A DNA stretch of 64,000 nucleotides, from contig OZ241830.1 in the NCBI GenBank assembly GCA_965202585.1, positions 44,702,001 through 44,766,000 on the forward strand. The letters run 5' to 3'. Source of the stretch: Thalia democratica (Eukaryota). The notes under the pieces were generated by a model that had not been told where the DNA came from, did not search any database, and saw nothing but the letters and a program-made list of their open reading frames with translations. Positions 62,287 to 64,000 of the stretch are shown here, one piece after another (position 1 is the first letter of the stretch; the number at the start of each line of letters is the position of its first letter). Both the position numbers and the translations under genes were made by a program.

Positions 62287-64000
62287 TTTTTTTAGAATAT
62301 TAATATCAGTATTGATGAAACTTGAAATAATATAGTTAATAAAATTTAGTGATCGTAATTAGTATGGTGGTTTCATTTAGATTATCCTTATTAAATTCTA
62401 AGTTTTTAAAACGAAAGTGTATACTGCTTAATAAGTTAAAAGCAGAGGTAGACAATTTTATAATATTTAGAACCTGTCATTTACTAAAAATAAAATTTAA
62501 ATTTCTTTCTTTTAGCCAATGTCAAATTATATTTAAAGATTAAATAAGACACTATATATATATATAAACTTAAATAAAAAAGTTAGGTGTCGAAAACTTA
62601 TTATTTTGCTTTTTTTTCTTTTCAATTTAATGTATATAGAGCAAAATAAATTTACATTTATCATGAAAATCTAAAAGTTTTCAAAATTTAAAATTGCAAA
62701 AATAGTTTCTCAAGATTAATAGTAAAAACTTCTTTAAAAAATTTCATGATATCTTTTAAAAGTTATTGTTTCACAGATTTCCATACACAAAAACTTTAGA
62801 TTATTTAGCGATACTTAATATGAAATATAAATAAAAGTTATTTGATTAATTTATGTAACTTAAAAACTTAAATTAAGTAATAAAATTTGTTTGTATTGTG
62901 AAACTCTAATATAGGTTTAAATATCTAATGAAGAAAAAACTCATGACATTTATAGAAATTTAGAGGTGCAAAAAACCAACGAGAATAAAGTCTATAGACT
63001 TCAAGCTGGCTTTACTCTAATGAATAAAAGGAAATATGTTCCTTGTAATAATCGTCTGAAAAAGTAGATGATTAAAAGGAACAAAGAACTTAAATGAGTA
63101 TTTATAAACTTCTGCTCCTAGTTATACTTTTTTAAACTATAATTAATTTATTACTCAATTTCAAAATATTTTTTCAGTACTTATTTCGTTTTTACTTACG
63201 TTATCTTAATTGTTCAAAATACAGTAAATTTAAATTAAATTCTCGTCAACTAAAGTACTAATTTAAGTCGTAATTTAAACATTTTGTATATTGTATAGAT
63301 TTAAGTGAAGGTTTTAAAGAAGATTACCTGGGCGAGGTTTGATTAACCTGGAACTTGTTATACAAATAAACATTTCTGTTTAATTATTAGTGACTTTTTT
63401 GCTATACGACTAAATAGAAATTTATAAATGATGTGAAATTAAGACGGTCAATCGACGTAACATACTTTTGCGGTTTGTAATATGACATGTTTGTTTTAAT
63501 ACATAGGTTATACCTAAAAATCATGCTTTTTCAGTTAAAATAACAAAGGTATTAAAATTCTCCTAGTCTTTGTTTGAATTCCATTATTTTAGTAGGCCTA
63601 TGCAAGTTGTAAAACAATTTGTAAAAGTTATTCAAATGAAACTTAAAACTAACCTACTATAAAACGTTAATAAATTAGTCAACAATACTACAACATTTAC
63701 AGCAGACTTACAATGTAGTTTTTAGACCGTAATATAAAAGTTTTTGTATTTTAATACTACAACTGTAAAGGTTTATTAAAACTTGCTTATGTTAAAATTA
63801 TTATAGCCACGTGAATTTATTAAAAGATTCAACTTAAATATAGTTATAACTGCTTATTTTAAAATCCTAAAAATTGTAGTTTAAAATATTGTTAAGTTAA
63901 AGATTTAGTGAATTGTATATGATTAACGACAAACGACTGTTAAAGTAGATTGAAAGAACCAAAAAGTATGAAAAAATGAAAAAAAAAAAGAAATTATGTG

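Noticed and set aside
3574-63000. Remaining 60-85-aa AT-rich ORFs in the supplied track
   Set aside because: They are low-complexity F/L/K/I/N-rich translations expected by chance in very AT-rich DNA, with no splice or motif support.

Overview
This is very AT-rich eukaryotic DNA from an invertebrate animal; a tunicate-like chordate is my guess, not something shown. It holds three well-supported protein-coding genes. (1) An intronless, GC-rich gene on the minus strand (7262-8857) encodes a secreted protein with two tandem trypsin-family (S1A) domains, one with an intact but atypical catalytic triad and one degenerate. (2) A 24-exon AP-3 adaptor beta subunit gene lies on the plus strand (16906-38892, 1064 aa by my splice model). 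(3) A 10-exon class A peptide-type GPCR lies on the minus strand (47576-55927, about 476 aa); it has a tiny N-terminus and a ~160-aa Cys-, acid- and Tyr-rich second extracellular loop. Introns and intergenic DNA are packed with transposon debris: hAT/Charlie-type MITEs with 8-bp TSDs, a 3.2-kb hAT deletion derivative with a BED-finger remnant, a CAGGGTTGCC-ended family that repeatedly shows 6-bp TSDs, a Tigger-like MITE, CR1/L2-group, RTE and Penelope remnants, and 15-bp and ~190-bp tandem repeats. No rRNA, tRNA or CRISPR array was recognised. All exon models and counts were done by hand, and no database search was run.
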